From an uncultured Candidatus Rokubacteria bacterium (GTDB lineage Bacteria > Methylomirabilota > Methylomirabilia > Rokubacteriales > DASRDR01), in assembly GCA_963826115.1 (NCBI GenBank), contig CAWGVS010000006.1, positions 1,120,001 through 1,184,000 of the forward strand: a stretch of DNA of 64,000 bases, read 5' to 3'. The first letter of the stretch is position 1. Every line of letters begins with the position of its first letter. The translations under genes were made by a program, and so were the position numbers. The notes below the pieces were generated by a model that saw only the letters and a program-made list of their open reading frames with translations, did not search any database and was not told the DNA's origin. Shown piece after piece: positions 9,222 through 19,359 of this stretch.

Positions 9222-10210
9222 AGTTCGGGTTCATTCCGACCGAGGGCGGGCACATGGCCCGCGAGGCGCTGGCGGAGGTCGACCACGCCGAGGCGCTGGG
9301 GCTCGACTCCGTCTGGATGGAGGAGCACCACGGCGTCCGCGGTCACTACTGGCCGTCGCCGCTGGTCGTGCTCGCGGGCTTCGCGGCGCGCACGTCCCGC
9401 ATGCTCCTCGGCACCGACGTCGTGGTGCTGCCGTTCTACGACCCGGTGCGCGCGGCGGAGGACGCGGCGATGGTGGACGTGCTGTCGGGCGGGCGGCTCG
9501 TGTTCGGCGCCGCGATCGGGTACCGCCCGGACGAGTTCGCCCTCTACCGCACGCCGCTCGAGAAGCGCGGGGCGCGGTTCGAGGAGGCTCTCGAGCTCAT
9601 CCGCGCCCTGTGGACCCAGGACTCGGTCAACCATCCGGGCCCGCACTATCCGCTCCAGAACGCGCGCCTCGAGCCGAAGCCCATCCAGCGGCCGCACCCG
9701 CCCATCTGGATCGGCGGCTGGGGCGAGCTGATGATCCGCCGCGCGGCGCGGCAGGCCGACGCGTGGGTGCCCGGCCCGACGGCCCATCTCCAGAAGCTGC
9801 TCGACGGGAAGGCGCGCTACCAGGCCGAGCTACGGGCGGCGGGCCGTCCCGACCCGGCGGAGTGGCCGCTCACGCGCGACACCGTGATCGCCGACACCGA
9901 CGCCGAGGCCCTCGAGCTCGCCGAGCGCCACCTCCTGGTGAACTATCGCGACGAGTACGGCGGGGGGCGCTGGAAGCACCCGCTGATCGGCGCGGAGGAC
10001 GCCACGCCCGTCGACCAGCTCGACGCCTTGGGGAGGGACCGCTTCATCATCGGCGGGCCCGAGCGGTGTCGCGCCCAGGTCCGCCGCTTCGTCGAGGCGT
10101 TCGGGGCGACGCACGTCATCTTCCGGCTCTACTTCCCCGGGATGCCCCACCGCCACATCCTCCGGGAGCTGGAGCTGATCGCCCGGGAGGTCGTCCCCGC
10201 CTTCCGCTGA
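9218..10210 (+). CDS. LLM class flavin-dependent oxidoreductase
   Basis: SVWMEEHHG, PVRAAEDAAMVDVLSGGRL, PKPIQRPHPPIWIGG. Confidence 0.92.
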   Translation: MKFGFIPTEGGHMAREALAEVDHAEALGLDSVWMEEHHGVRGHYWPSPLVVLAGFAARTSRMLLGTDVVVLPFYDPVRAAEDAAMVDVLSGGRLVFGAAIGYRPDEFALYRTPLEKRGARFEEALELIRALWTQDSVNHPGPHYPLQNARLEPKPIQRPHPPIWIGGWGELMIRRAARQADAWVPGPTAHLQKLLDGKARYQAELRAAGRPDPAEWPLTRDTVIADTDAEALELAERHLLVNYRDEYGGGRWKHPLIGAEDATPVDQLDALGRDRFIIGGPERCRAQVRRFVEAFGATHVIFRLYFPGMPHRHILRELELIAREVVPAFR

Positions 10211-10265
10211 GCGTCCGGGCGGCGCGGAGCGGATCGTCGCACGCGCGAGGCGTACAATACCCGGG

Positions 10266-12704
10266 ATGCGCCGCAACGCGCTGTTCTGGAGCATCCTCGT
10301 CCTCGCCCTCGCCGTCGGTGTCGTGGCCACCCTCGATCGGTACGGGCGCCTGGGCCGTACCTTCGCGGGCTTCTGGGTCCTGGAGAACCTCCTCGTCGCG
10401 GTCGGCGGCCCCGAGCGAGGGCCGCTCGAGCCCTTCGACGTCGTCCGGGCCATGAACGGGCAGGTGCTCGAGAGCGGCCGGGACATCCAGACGACGATCG
10501 AGAGCCAGGATCCGCGGACGACCTTCCACTACATCATCTACCGGCGCGGTCAGCTGGTCGAGGCGGACGTCACCACGCGCCTCTACGCACGGCGCGACTT
10601 CGCGCGGTTCCTGATCGAGGGCGCGCTCCAGGGCCTGCTCCAGCTCGCGATCGGCGCCATCGTGTTCCTGCTCCGTCCCGGGCACCCGAAGAGCTGGCTG
10701 TTCCTGAGCTTCCTGCTGATCGCCTACGTCGTGAACATCACGTTCGCCGACGCCCACACCACGTACCGCTTCACCGAGCTGTTCCTGACGGCCTGGGCGT
10801 TCTGGCCCGCGACGTTCCTGCACCTCGCCCTGACGTTCCCGCAGCGCCGGGGGATCGTGCGCCGCTTCCCGCGGGTCGTCTGGCTGCCCTACCTGGCCTC
10901 GGCGCTCGTCGCGGCGTTGATGGTGCTCCCGCTCCCGCACCGGGACGTGCGGATCCTGCTCGCCGTGCCGATCGCCGGCGCCGCCTACTGGGGCGTCGCG
11001 CTGATCCTGCTCGTGCTGTCGCTCGCCCGCGCCAGCGTCGTGGGAGGCACCCCGCTGATCCGCCAGCGGGCCCGGATCCTGTGCGCCGCGTTCGTCCTCG
11101 GCTACGTCCCGCCGATCCTCGGGACCGCCGCGGAGGCGGTGTTCCAGGTGACGGTGCCGTACCTGAACGAGATGTGGAAGCTGACGCTCCTGTTCCCCAT
11201 CGTGATGGCGTACGCGATGGTCCGCTACGACCTCTTCGACGTGCGCGCCGCCATCCGGGCCGGCGCCGTCTACTCCGCGGTGACGGGACTCGTCGTGCTC
11301 GCCTACACCGGCGCGATCGCGGCGATGGACATCCTCCTCGCGAACTGGGAGGCCGCGCAGTCGCCCATCGTCGCCGCCGCGGTGATGGCGGTGCTGGTCG
11401 TGGTGCTGCTGAACCCGCTGTACCTCCGCTCCCAGCGGCTGGTCGACCGGCTCTTCTTCCGGCAGCGCGTCGACGTCCAGCGGTCGATCGAGCGCGTGTC
11501 GGAGGTCATGAGCGGGCTCCTCGACCTGCGCCGGATCGTGGAGCTGCTCACCCAGACGGTCGAGGAGCAGATCCATCCCGACCGCCAGGAGCTCTATCTG
11601 TTCGACGCGCGCACGCAGGGCTACGCGCAGGCGGACCGGGACGAGGCCGACGAGCGGGACGGCCGGCCCCCGGTCGATGCCGGGTCGCCGCTGGTCCGGT
11701 GTCTCGACCTCCGCCGCCAGCCCCTGACGCGCGAGCGCGTCGAGGAGGACCCGGCGCTCGAGGAGTACCGGACCGGCTGCCTCCACGCGATGGACGGGCT
11801 CGGCGCGACCATGGTGGTCCCGTTCCTGTTCCAGGGCCGCGTGACCGGCTTTCTGGCTCTCGGCCCGAAGCGCTCCGGTCTCGGCTACTCGAGCCAGGAC
11901 GTGGGACTCCTCCGCCTCCTGGCGAACTCGAGCGCGCTGGCCCTCGAGCACGCGCGGGCGTACACGGCGCTCCAGGAAACGAACGTCGAGCTGAGCGCCG
12001 CGATCCGCCGGGTCGAGATCCTCGAGAGCATCCGCGCGAACCTGGCGAAGTTCGTGCCCCGGACCGTGCAGGACCTGATCGAGCGCGCGCCGGAGGCGCC
12101 CGAGTTCGACAAGCGGGAGACGAACGTGACGGTGCTGTTCGTCGACCTGGTCGGCTACACGCGGCTCACCGAGCGCCTCGAGCCCGGCCGGGTCAACGAG
12201 CTGGTGGAGCGGTGCTTCGGCGCGTACCTCGACGAGATCCTGCGGCGCGGGGGCGACGTGAACGAGACGGCGGGCGACGGCCTCATGGCCATCTTCCGAG
12301 ACGGCGACGCCAGCCAGCACGCGCGGCAAGCGGTGAAGTGCGCCCTCGGAATCCTGCGCCGGACGCGCCAGCTGAACGACGCGCTCCACGGGCTTCCCGA
12401 GCCGCTCGCGGTCCACGTCGGCGTGAACTCGGGTCTGGCCACCGTGGGGGCGACCAAGATCGAGGGCGTCAACGGCACGCGGTGGACCTACACCGCCTCG
12501 GGCCAGGTGACCATCGTCGCCGCGCGCCTGGCGGCGCTCGCCCGGCGCGACGAGATCCTGATCGGGGCGGGCACCCGCGAGCCGCTGGGCGACGAGTTCT
12601 CGTTCGAGGGTCTGGGGGAGCGGCCCCTCCGGAACGTCGAGGCGCCCGTCCGCGTGTTCCGTCTGGCGCTGCCCGAGCCCGTCTCCGCGGCGGTCACCGC
12701 CTGA
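10266..12704 (+). CDS. Membrane class III nucleotide cyclase (PDZ-like N-terminus, multi-TM, GAF, cyclase)
   Basis: Many hydrophobic helices; GAF-like LGPKRSGLGYSSQD; cyclase motifs VLFVDLVGYT, ETAGDGLMAIF, VGVNSG, YTASG...AARL. TACAAT 7 nt before ATG. Confidence 0.88.
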   Translation: MRRNALFWSILVLALAVGVVATLDRYGRLGRTFAGFWVLENLLVAVGGPERGPLEPFDVVRAMNGQVLESGRDIQTTIESQDPRTTFHYIIYRRGQLVEADVTTRLYARRDFARFLIEGALQGLLQLAIGAIVFLLRPGHPKSWLFLSFLLIAYVVNITFADAHTTYRFTELFLTAWAFWPATFLHLALTFPQRRGIVRRFPRVVWLPYLASALVAALMVLPLPHRDVRILLAVPIAGAAYWGVALILLVLSLARASVVGGTPLIRQRARILCAAFVLGYVPPILGTAAEAVFQVTVPYLNEMWKLTLLFPIVMAYAMVRYDLFDVRAAIRAGAVYSAVTGLVVLAYTGAIAAMDILLANWEAAQSPIVAAAVMAVLVVVLLNPLYLRSQRLVDRLFFRQRVDVQRSIERVSEVMSGLLDLRRIVELLTQTVEEQIHPDRQELYLFDARTQGYAQADRDEADERDGRPPVDAGSPLVRCLDLRRQPLTRERVEEDPALEEYRTGCLHAMDGLGATMVVPFLFQGRVTGFLALGPKRSGLGYSSQDVGLLRLLANSSALALEHARAYTALQETNVELSAAIRRVEILESIRANLAKFVPRTVQDLIERAPEAPEFDKRETNVTVLFVDLVGYTRLTERLEPGRVNELVERCFGAYLDEILRRGGDVNETAGDGLMAIFRDGDASQHARQAVKCALGILRRTRQLNDALHGLPEPLAVHVGVNSGLATVGATKIEGVNGTRWTYTASGQVTIVAARLAALARRDEILIGAGTREPLGDEFSFEGLGERPLRNVEAPVRVFRLALPEPVSAAVTA

Positions 12705-12758
12705 GCGGCGCGCCCGCGCGGGCGCCGGCCGATCGAGAGGACCAGGCGGCGCGCGGCC

Positions 12759-13325
12759 TCAGCCGCGCTCCATCGTCCAGAACTCGGCCCCGAAGTGGTC
12801 CCACGGCAGGCGCCACTCGTCGGTCCGGTCTCGATCCGCGGTGAAGAACCGGTTGACGGCGTAGATGATGGTCTGCGGCGTCGCACCGAGGTTCGCCAGT
12901 CCGTGCGCCACGCCGCGAGGGATCAGCAGGCGATGGCAGTGTCCGCCGCCCAGGACCAGGCGCTGGGGCGTCCGGGCCTCGTTGCGGTCGTCGCGCCGGA
13001 CGTCGGCCAGCCCGACGAGGAGCGTCGAGTCGGGCGGCACGATGAAGAGGTCGTCCTGATCCATGTGGACGTGCCACGCCTTCACGGCGCCGGGCTGGAG
13101 CAGGCTCCAGTTCCACTGGATCGGCCGGAACGCGGCGAGTCCCTGGATGCCGCCGTCCTCCGCGATCCGGGCCATCTCGGTGAAGAGACCGTCCGCGCTC
13201 CGCGAGACCGCCACCTCGGACAGCTCGACGCCGGGGATCGGTGCGCGCGGCGCGTAGGACTGGCGGGTGAGCCGCTTCCGCGCCTCCTCGACAAGGTCGT
13301 CCGGCGTGAGAGGTCGGGGTTCCAT
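12759..13325 (-). CDS. dTDP-4-dehydrorhamnose 3,5-epimerase (RmlC)-like cupin
   Basis: PGAVKAWHVH, QDD, LLIPRGVAHG motifs. Confidence 0.8.
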   Translation of the reverse strand: MEPRPLTPDDLVEEARKRLTRQSYAPRAPIPGVELSEVAVSRSADGLFTEMARIAEDGGIQGLAAFRPIQWNWSLLQPGAVKAWHVHMDQDDLFIVPPDSTLLVGLADVRRDDRNEARTPQRLVLGGGHCHRLLIPRGVAHGLANLGATPQTIIYAVNRFFTADRDRTDEWRLPWDHFGAEFWTMERG

Positions 13326-13586
13326 TGCAGGGGAATCTTACCATCGCGCCGGGTGCTACCTCGACCGGCGCGCGTGAGCGGGGCCGGCCCCGCTACCCGT
13401 CGGCGTAGGTCGGCGTAGAGGGCGTCGCCGGCCGATCGGTCTCGGCTCTGCGGTCGGGCGGCGACGTGAGATCGCGCTCGGACCGCGGGGCGTGCATGCG
13501 CCATCCCACCGCACCGGGTCCAGACACCCGCTCCGACGGCGCCGTCGATTGCGAGGCCACGGAGCGACGGGTAGGATGGGCGCACC

Positions 13587-14309
13587 ATGCACCTCCTCTC
13601 CGCCGACGCCCTGCTCGGTCTCGCCACGCTCACCCTCATGGAGATCGTGCTGGGCATCGACAACGTCGTGTTCATCGCGATCCTGGTGACGAAGCTGCCG
13701 GCCAACCAGCAGGCGCTCGCGCGTCGGCTCGGCCTGACGCTGGCGCTCGGCATCCGCATCCTGCTGCTCCTGGCCATCTCGTGGATCATGGGGCTGACCC
13801 GGCCGCTCATCACCGTCACCTCGTTCGAGCTGTCGGGCCGGAGCCTCATCCTGCTGGGCGGGGGGCTCTTCCTCATCTTCAAGGCGACGCGGGAGATCTA
13901 CGAGAAGGTCGAGGGCGAGCCCCACGAGGCGAGCGCCGGCCGGCCGCGCGCCGTGTTCGGCTGGGTCCTCCTCCAGATCCTCTTCCTCGACATCGTGTTC
14001 TCGCTCGACTCCGTGATCACCGCCATCGGCATGGCGGACCAGGTCTCCATCATGGTCATCGCGATGGTCCTGGCCATGCTCGTGATGCTGGTGTCCGCGG
14101 GGGCCCTCAGCGCGTTTGTCGAGCGGCACCCGAGCGTGAAGATCCTCGCGCTCGCCTTCCTGCTCCTCATCGGGGTGATGCTGGTGGCCGAGGGCATGGG
14201 TACCCACATGGCGAAGGGCTACGTGTACTTCGCGATGGCGTTCTCCCTCCTGGTCGAGATGCTGAACATGCGCTACCGGCGCCGCCAGGGCGGCCGGCGG
14301 CACGCCTGA
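13587..14309 (+). CDS. TerC family membrane protein (YgdQ/UPF0053-like)
   Basis: EIVLGIDNVVFIAIL, DIVFSLDSVITAIGM, KGYVYFAMAFS. Confidence 0.92.
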   Translation: MHLLSADALLGLATLTLMEIVLGIDNVVFIAILVTKLPANQQALARRLGLTLALGIRILLLLAISWIMGLTRPLITVTSFELSGRSLILLGGGLFLIFKATREIYEKVEGEPHEASAGRPRAVFGWVLLQILFLDIVFSLDSVITAIGMADQVSIMVIAMVLAMLVMLVSAGALSAFVERHPSVKILALAFLLLIGVMLVAEGMGTHMAKGYVYFAMAFSLLVEMLNMRYRRRQGGRRHA

Positions 14310-14311
14310 CG

Positions 14312-15049
14312 ATGGCGCCGGGCGAGCGGACGGCCCTCGTCACGGGCGCGGCGCGCGGGATCGGTCTCGCCATCGCGCGGCGGCTCGCCACGGACGGACT
14401 GCGAGTGGCCCTCGTCGACCTCGACCGCGAGCGGGTCGAGACGGCGGCCCGCGAGACGGGCGCCGGCGCGGTCGCGCTCGTGGCGGACGTGACCCGGAGC
14501 GCCGAGGTCGACGCGGCGGTGCAGGCGGTCGTGGACCGCTGGGGCCGCCTCGACGTGGTCGTGAACAACGCGGGCATCACCGGGCGCTCGTTCCCCATCT
14601 GGGAGCTCGACGACGCGGACTGGGAGCGCGTGCTGTCGGTCGACCTGACGAGCGTCTTCTACTGCTGCCGGGCGGCGATCCGCGCGATGCTGCGGCAGGG
14701 CACGGGGCGGATCGTCAACATCGCCTCGATCGCCGGCAAGGAGGGCAACCCCACGCTGGTGCCGTACTCGAGCGCCAAGGCGGGGGTGATCGGGCTGACG
14801 AAGGCGCTCGCCAAGGAGGTGGCCACGCGCGGCATCCTGGTGAACGCCGTGGCGCCGGCGGTGATCGGCACCGAGCTCCTCCAGCAGATGGAGCGGAGCA
14901 CGGTGGATCTCCTCGTCTCGAAGATCCCGATGGGCCGCGTCGGGCGGCCGGACGAGGTGGCGGCGCTCGTCGCGTGGCTGGCGTCCGAGGAGTGCTCGTT
15001 CAGCACCGGCGCCGTGTACGACCTGTCCGGCGGCCGCGCGACCTACTGA
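14312..15049 (+). CDS. SDR family oxidoreductase (FabG-like)
   Basis: TGAARGIG, NNAG, YSSAKAG, YDLSGGRATY. Confidence 0.92.
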   Translation: MAPGERTALVTGAARGIGLAIARRLATDGLRVALVDLDRERVETAARETGAGAVALVADVTRSAEVDAAVQAVVDRWGRLDVVVNNAGITGRSFPIWELDDADWERVLSVDLTSVFYCCRAAIRAMLRQGTGRIVNIASIAGKEGNPTLVPYSSAKAGVIGLTKALAKEVATRGILVNAVAPAVIGTELLQQMERSTVDLLVSKIPMGRVGRPDEVAALVAWLASEECSFSTGAVYDLSGGRATY

Positions 15050-15078
15050 ACCCTGGACCTCTCGCAGGAGGCGACACG

Positions 15079-15381
15079 ATGGCGGGTGTGCTGACCGTGG
15101 TGGCGAAGATCTTTCCGAAGCCGGGTCGGGAGAGCGAGGTCGAGGCCCTGCTCGTCAAGATGGCGGCGGCGGTGCGGCAGCACGAGCCGGACTGCCTCGT
15201 CTACCGGCCCCACCGCTCGACGGCCGAGCCGACCGGCTTCTACTTCTACGAGCAGTACCGCACCGACGCGGCCTTCGAGTTCCACCGGACGGCCCCGCAC
15301 CTGGCCGGGTATCGCGCCGAGATGAAGGAGCTCGTCGCGCGGCCGTCCGAGATCGACCTCTACCGCTCGCTGACCGCCTGA
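15079..15381 (+). CDS. Antibiotic biosynthesis monooxygenase (ABM) domain protein
   Basis: VVAKIFPKPGRE, EPDCLVY, FYEQY, HRTAPH; AGGAGG RBS. Confidence 0.85.
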   Translation: MAGVLTVVAKIFPKPGRESEVEALLVKMAAAVRQHEPDCLVYRPHRSTAEPTGFYFYEQYRTDAAFEFHRTAPHLAGYRAEMKELVARPSEIDLYRSLTA

Positions 15382-15384
15382 CCG

Positions 15385-16626
15385 TCAGGCGGGCGCGGCG
15401 CCGATCTCCGTCCGGGGGGCGCGGGCCTCCGAGATCGCCCACGACATGAACGCCGCCGCCCCCGAGAGGGCGGCCCCGCCGACGAAGAAGGCCACGTAGC
15501 CGCCGGTCGCGTCGTGGATCACCCCGCCCGCGTACGAGCCGAGGGCGGCTCCGACCTGGTGGCTCAGCGCCACCAGACCGAACACCGTGCCCGCCGATCG
15601 CCGGCCGAACAGCACCGTGGCCAGCGCGGTCGTCGGGGCGACCGTCGAGAAGTCGACGATGCCGAACGCGACCGCGAACACGAAGAGCGACGCGGGATCC
15701 CGCGCGAAGATCAGGAAGACGAGGGTGACGGCGCGGCCCGCGTAGATCCAGCCGAGGAGCCGCGTGTACCCGACCCGGTCGGACACGGCGCCGGAGAGCG
15801 TCGTGAACACCATGTTCACGAGGGACAGCACGCCGAACGCGGTGGCGGCGGTGACGGCGGCGACGTGGTGGTCCAGAGCGTACGGGATGAAGTGCGTGTC
15901 GATGAGCCCCCCCGTGGTCACGCCGCACACGAAGAAGGAGAGCGCGAGCCACCAGAAGTTGGCGTGGCGCACGATCTCCGAGAGGAGCATCGGGGCTCCC
16001 GCGGCGCCGGCGCCCGCGTGGGGGCGCCCCGCGACGTGTTCGGGGTCGTCTCGCAGCAGGAGCAGGACGATCGGGAGCGCGACGACGAGGATCCCGCCGC
16101 CCAGCCACAGGAACGCGGCCCGCCAGCCGAGGCTGCCGATGAGCGCCGCCATGAGGGGCACCAGGACGAGCTGTCCCGCCGCCGACCCCGCCGCGACCAC
16201 GCCCAGGGCGAGCCCGCGCCGCTTGGTGAACCAGCGGGCGACCGCCACGGCGGAGGTCGGGCTCGACGCGCCTCCGATGCCGAACATGATCAGGACGCCG
16301 AAGATGAAGTACGCCTGCCAGAGGCTCACGATCGAGCTGACGGCCGCCGCGCCCACGCCGAGGAGGGCGACGCTTCCCGCGAAGATCGCGCGCGGGCCCA
16401 TGCGGTCGGCCCAGCGCCCGGAGAGCGCCTGGGAGATCCCGTAGACGACGAAGCCGAGCGACGCGGTGAGGCTCACCGCGGCCCGGTCCCATCCGAACTC
16501 GGTCTCCCAGGGGTTGACGAGGAGGCCGATCGTCCCGCGCAGGCCCAGGGCGACGGCCTGGGCGAAGAACATCACGCCCACCACCACCCACGCGTACCGT
16601 GACTCTTGCCCGCGCTCGTCCGTCAC
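15385..16626 (-). CDS. MFS transporter
   Basis: About 12 hydrophobic segments; GRWADRMGPR motif A; WFTKRRGLALG. Confidence 0.92.
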   Translation of the reverse strand: MTDERGQESRYAWVVVGVMFFAQAVALGLRGTIGLLVNPWETEFGWDRAAVSLTASLGFVVYGISQALSGRWADRMGPRAIFAGSVALLGVGAAAVSSIVSLWQAYFIFGVLIMFGIGGASSPTSAVAVARWFTKRRGLALGVVAAGSAAGQLVLVPLMAALIGSLGWRAAFLWLGGGILVVALPIVLLLLRDDPEHVAGRPHAGAGAAGAPMLLSEIVRHANFWWLALSFFVCGVTTGGLIDTHFIPYALDHHVAAVTAATAFGVLSLVNMVFTTLSGAVSDRVGYTRLLGWIYAGRAVTLVFLIFARDPASLFVFAVAFGIVDFSTVAPTTALATVLFGRRSAGTVFGLVALSHQVGAALGSYAGGVIHDATGGYVAFFVGGAALSGAAAFMSWAISEARAPRTEIGAAPA

Positions 16627-16763
16627 CGCGCCCTCCCGCCGGGTACTCTTCCCGACGAACGTTTAGATGCCCCGCTCGCCGCCGCGGATTCCCGGCCGCC
16701 CAGGGGTCGTCCGGCCGGCGGCCGCGATGACGCCGGCGAGGGTCTTCGCTATGATCGGGCGCG

Positions 16764-17183
16764 ATGGACGGCCAGATCGAAGGGGCCCTCGCGGCGCGGA
16801 TCGCCGGCGACCCGTACGGACGCTGGCTCGGGATCGAGCTCGTCGAGCTCCGGGCCGGCTACTGCCGGGCCGCGCTCACGCTCCGCCCCGAGATGGCGAA
16901 CTTCCACGGGAGCCCGCACGGCGGCGCCATCTTCTCCCTCGCCGACTTCGCCTTCGGCGGCGCCTGCAACGGGCACGGCGAGCCGGCGGTCGCGCTGACC
17001 GTGACGATCCAGTTCCACGCGCCCGCCCGCATGGGGCGCCGGCTCGTCGCGGAGGCCCGCGAGACGCGGCAGGGGAAGCGCGCCGGGTTCTACGCGATGA
17101 CCGTGACCGACGAGGCCGACGGCGCCGTCGTCGCGACGTGCCAGGCCGTGTCCCTCCGGACCGACGCCCACCGGCCGCGCTGA
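16764..17183 (+). CDS. PaaI family hotdog thioesterase
   Basis: NFHGSPHGGAIFSLADFAFGGACN; TATGAT 8 nt before ATG. Confidence 0.88.
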   Translation: MDGQIEGALAARIAGDPYGRWLGIELVELRAGYCRAALTLRPEMANFHGSPHGGAIFSLADFAFGGACNGHGEPAVALTVTIQFHAPARMGRRLVAEARETRQGKRAGFYAMTVTDEADGAVVATCQAVSLRTDAHRPR

Positions 17184-17214
17184 ACGCCGCCGGGGGCTCC
17201 GGTCCGGCCCGCGC

Positions 17215-17973
17215 TCACCGGCCCGACAGCCGCAGCAGCTCCTCCAGCGCCTTCGCGTTGAACGGCTGCGGACCCCGCAGGATGAAGTGCTCGACGCCCG
17301 CGTCGACGAGGGCGTCGATCTGTCCGTAGAGGTCCGGGCTGATCGAGCACGTGCGCTCGACCGCCTTCGGGTCTCGCCCCACCTTCGCGCACCACTCGTT
17401 CAGGATCTCGTTCTTCCGCCGCCAGTTGTCGACGGGCGGGAACGTGTTCCACATGTCCGCGTGCTGCGCGGTGAGCTTGAGGGTCACCTTCTCGCCGCCG
17501 CCCCCGATCATGATCGGCACGCGGCCGATCGGCGGGGGCGTGAGCTTCCCGAGCCGCGACTTGACCCGGGGGAGTGCCGCGCCCAGCTCGCGCAAGCGTG
17601 ACGCCGCGGTCCCGAACTCGAAGCCGTACTCCGTGTAGTCGCGCTCGAACCAGCCGGCGCCGATGCCGAGGATGGCGCGGCCCCCGCTCAGGTGGTCGAT
17701 GGTGGCAATGTCGCAGGCCAGGAGCTCGGGGTTCCGGTAGCTGTTCGCGTGCACCAGCGACCCGAAGCGGGCGTGCCGGGTCTCGACCGCCATCGCCGCC
17801 AGGATCGGCATGCAGGCGAAGTGCGGGCCCTCGGGCGGGCCGTAGAGGGGGAACATGTGGTCCCACACCCAGAGCGTGTCGACACCGAGCGCGTCCGCGC
17901 CGCGGTAGGCCTCGCGGATCTGCTCGATGGTGCAGTGCTGGGGGTGGATCTGGTAGCCGACGCGAAATCGCAT
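17215..17973 (-). CDS. LLM class (F420-dependent-type) oxidoreductase
   Basis: LWVWDHMFPLYG, NSYRNPELLA, DHLSGGRAILGIGAGWFERDY, IMIGGGGEKVTL. Confidence 0.9.
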   Translation of the reverse strand: MRFRVGYQIHPQHCTIEQIREAYRGADALGVDTLWVWDHMFPLYGPPEGPHFACMPILAAMAVETRHARFGSLVHANSYRNPELLACDIATIDHLSGGRAILGIGAGWFERDYTEYGFEFGTAASRLRELGAALPRVKSRLGKLTPPPIGRVPIMIGGGGEKVTLKLTAQHADMWNTFPPVDNWRRKNEILNEWCAKVGRDPKAVERTCSISPDLYGQIDALVDAGVEHFILRGPQPFNAKALEELLRLSGR

Positions 17974-18019
17974 GGACGACCTTGCCTCTCTCCGCCGGGG
18001 ACCCGGTCCGCGACGGCGA

Positions 18020-19021
18020 TCAGTAGCCTCGGGCCCGGTCCACGAGGTTCAGGAGCGGGACGCCCTCGAGATAGCGGCGCAGGTTCTCGGCGAAGAGCTC
18101 GGCGCAGCGGTCGTCGTAGCTCGGCATGAAGCCCGAGACGTGCGGCGACAGGATCACGTTGTCGAGGTCGTAGAAGGGGTGCCCCGGCCGCGGCGGCTCC
18201 TCGGCGAACACGTCGATGGCCGCGCCGGCGATCCGACGGCCGGCGAGGGCGTCGGCGAGCGCCGTCTCGTCCACCGAGGCGCCCCGCCCCACGTTCACGA
18301 AGTATGCCGAGGGCTTCATGAGGGCGATCGTTGCGCGGTCGACCATGTGCCGCGTCTCCGCGGTGAGGGGGGCGCACAGCACGACCGCGTCGCAGCGGGG
18401 GAGCATGCGCGGGAGCTCGTCCGGACCGTACCAGCCGGCGGGGAGGCGGCCGTCGGGGTCGCCGGTGCCGGGGAGGGCGTACCCGCCGTCGGTCCGGTGC
18501 GCGGGGTCGCGCTTGCACGCGAGGACGCTCATGCCGAGCGCGGCGACGGCGATGCGCGCGAGCTCGCGGCCGATGCTCCCGTAGCCGATCACGCCGAGGG
18601 TCGCGCCCCGGAGCTCCGTCGGCACGAACAGGGGCCAGCGGCGCGCGTCCGGCGGCCAGGTGCGCTTCCCTTGCCACTCCAGCATGCCTGGCACCCGGTG
18701 GGCGAGCGCCAGGAGCATCGTGAGCGCGTACTCCGCGATGGTCGCGGCGTGGACGCCGCTGGTCGTCGTGAGCGGGATCGCGGAGTCCCGATAGAGCGGA
18801 TGCTCGTGGAGCGAGTTGATGCCGGCCATGTGGAGCTGGACCCAGCGGAGGTCGGGGGCGAGCCCGAGGTCCCGGGGCGGGCTCCCGGTGTAGAGGGCCT
18901 CGACGCCCCGGTAGTCGGCGCGGTCCGGCTCGGCGCGCGTCACGCTGAGGCGCGGTGCGGCCGCCCGGATGCGGGCCAGCTGGTCGTCGTTGAACGGCAT
19001 GGTGACGAGCACGCGCGTCAC
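18020..19021 (-). CDS. D-2-hydroxyacid dehydrogenase
   Basis: GVIGYGSIGRE, PLTAET, VNVGRG, DVFAEEP, SPHVSG. Confidence 0.9.
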   Translation of the reverse strand: MTRVLVTMPFNDDQLARIRAAAPRLSVTRAEPDRADYRGVEALYTGSPPRDLGLAPDLRWVQLHMAGINSLHEHPLYRDSAIPLTTTSGVHAATIAEYALTMLLALAHRVPGMLEWQGKRTWPPDARRWPLFVPTELRGATLGVIGYGSIGRELARIAVAALGMSVLACKRDPAHRTDGGYALPGTGDPDGRLPAGWYGPDELPRMLPRCDAVVLCAPLTAETRHMVDRATIALMKPSAYFVNVGRGASVDETALADALAGRRIAGAAIDVFAEEPPRPGHPFYDLDNVILSPHVSGFMPSYDDRCAELFAENLRRYLEGVPLLNLVDRARGY

Positions 19022-19050
19022 TCCGCCCTCCGCCGGGGCCCCCGGACGCG

Positions 19051-19359
19051 TCACGGCCAGTAGGGGTGCACCTCGAAGATCTGCCGCTTGATCTGGCCGC
19101 GGAACTCCGGAAAGCGCTTGATGTCGTCGGCCGACGCCTTGCGCTCCGGCGAGGCGAGCGCGGCGTCGAGGTCCGCGCGCGAGTCGAACAGGAGGTCGGC
19201 GACCTGGTAGAGCTCGTCGCCGGGCGCGCCCTTGGCGATCGTGATCCGGCGGACCCCCGGCCACTTGCGGACGGTCGGGAGATGCGACTCCCAGTAGTAC
19301 CGATCGAAGGCGGCCGGATCTGCCGGCTGCCCCGCGTACATCACCGAAAGCTTGACCAT
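19051..19359 (-). CDS. EthD family reductase
   Basis: MVKLSVMY...DPAAFDRYYWESHLP...ALASPE...DIKRF. Confidence 0.85.
   Translation of the reverse strand: MVKLSVMYAGQPADPAAFDRYYWESHLPTVRKWPGVRRITIAKGAPGDELYQVADLLFDSRADLDAALASPERKASADDIKRFPEFRGQIKRQIFEVHPYWP

Noticed and set aside
13587-14309. TerC as part of a tellurite or stress ter operon
   Set aside because: Stand-alone short YgdQ-type TerC; no other ter genes.
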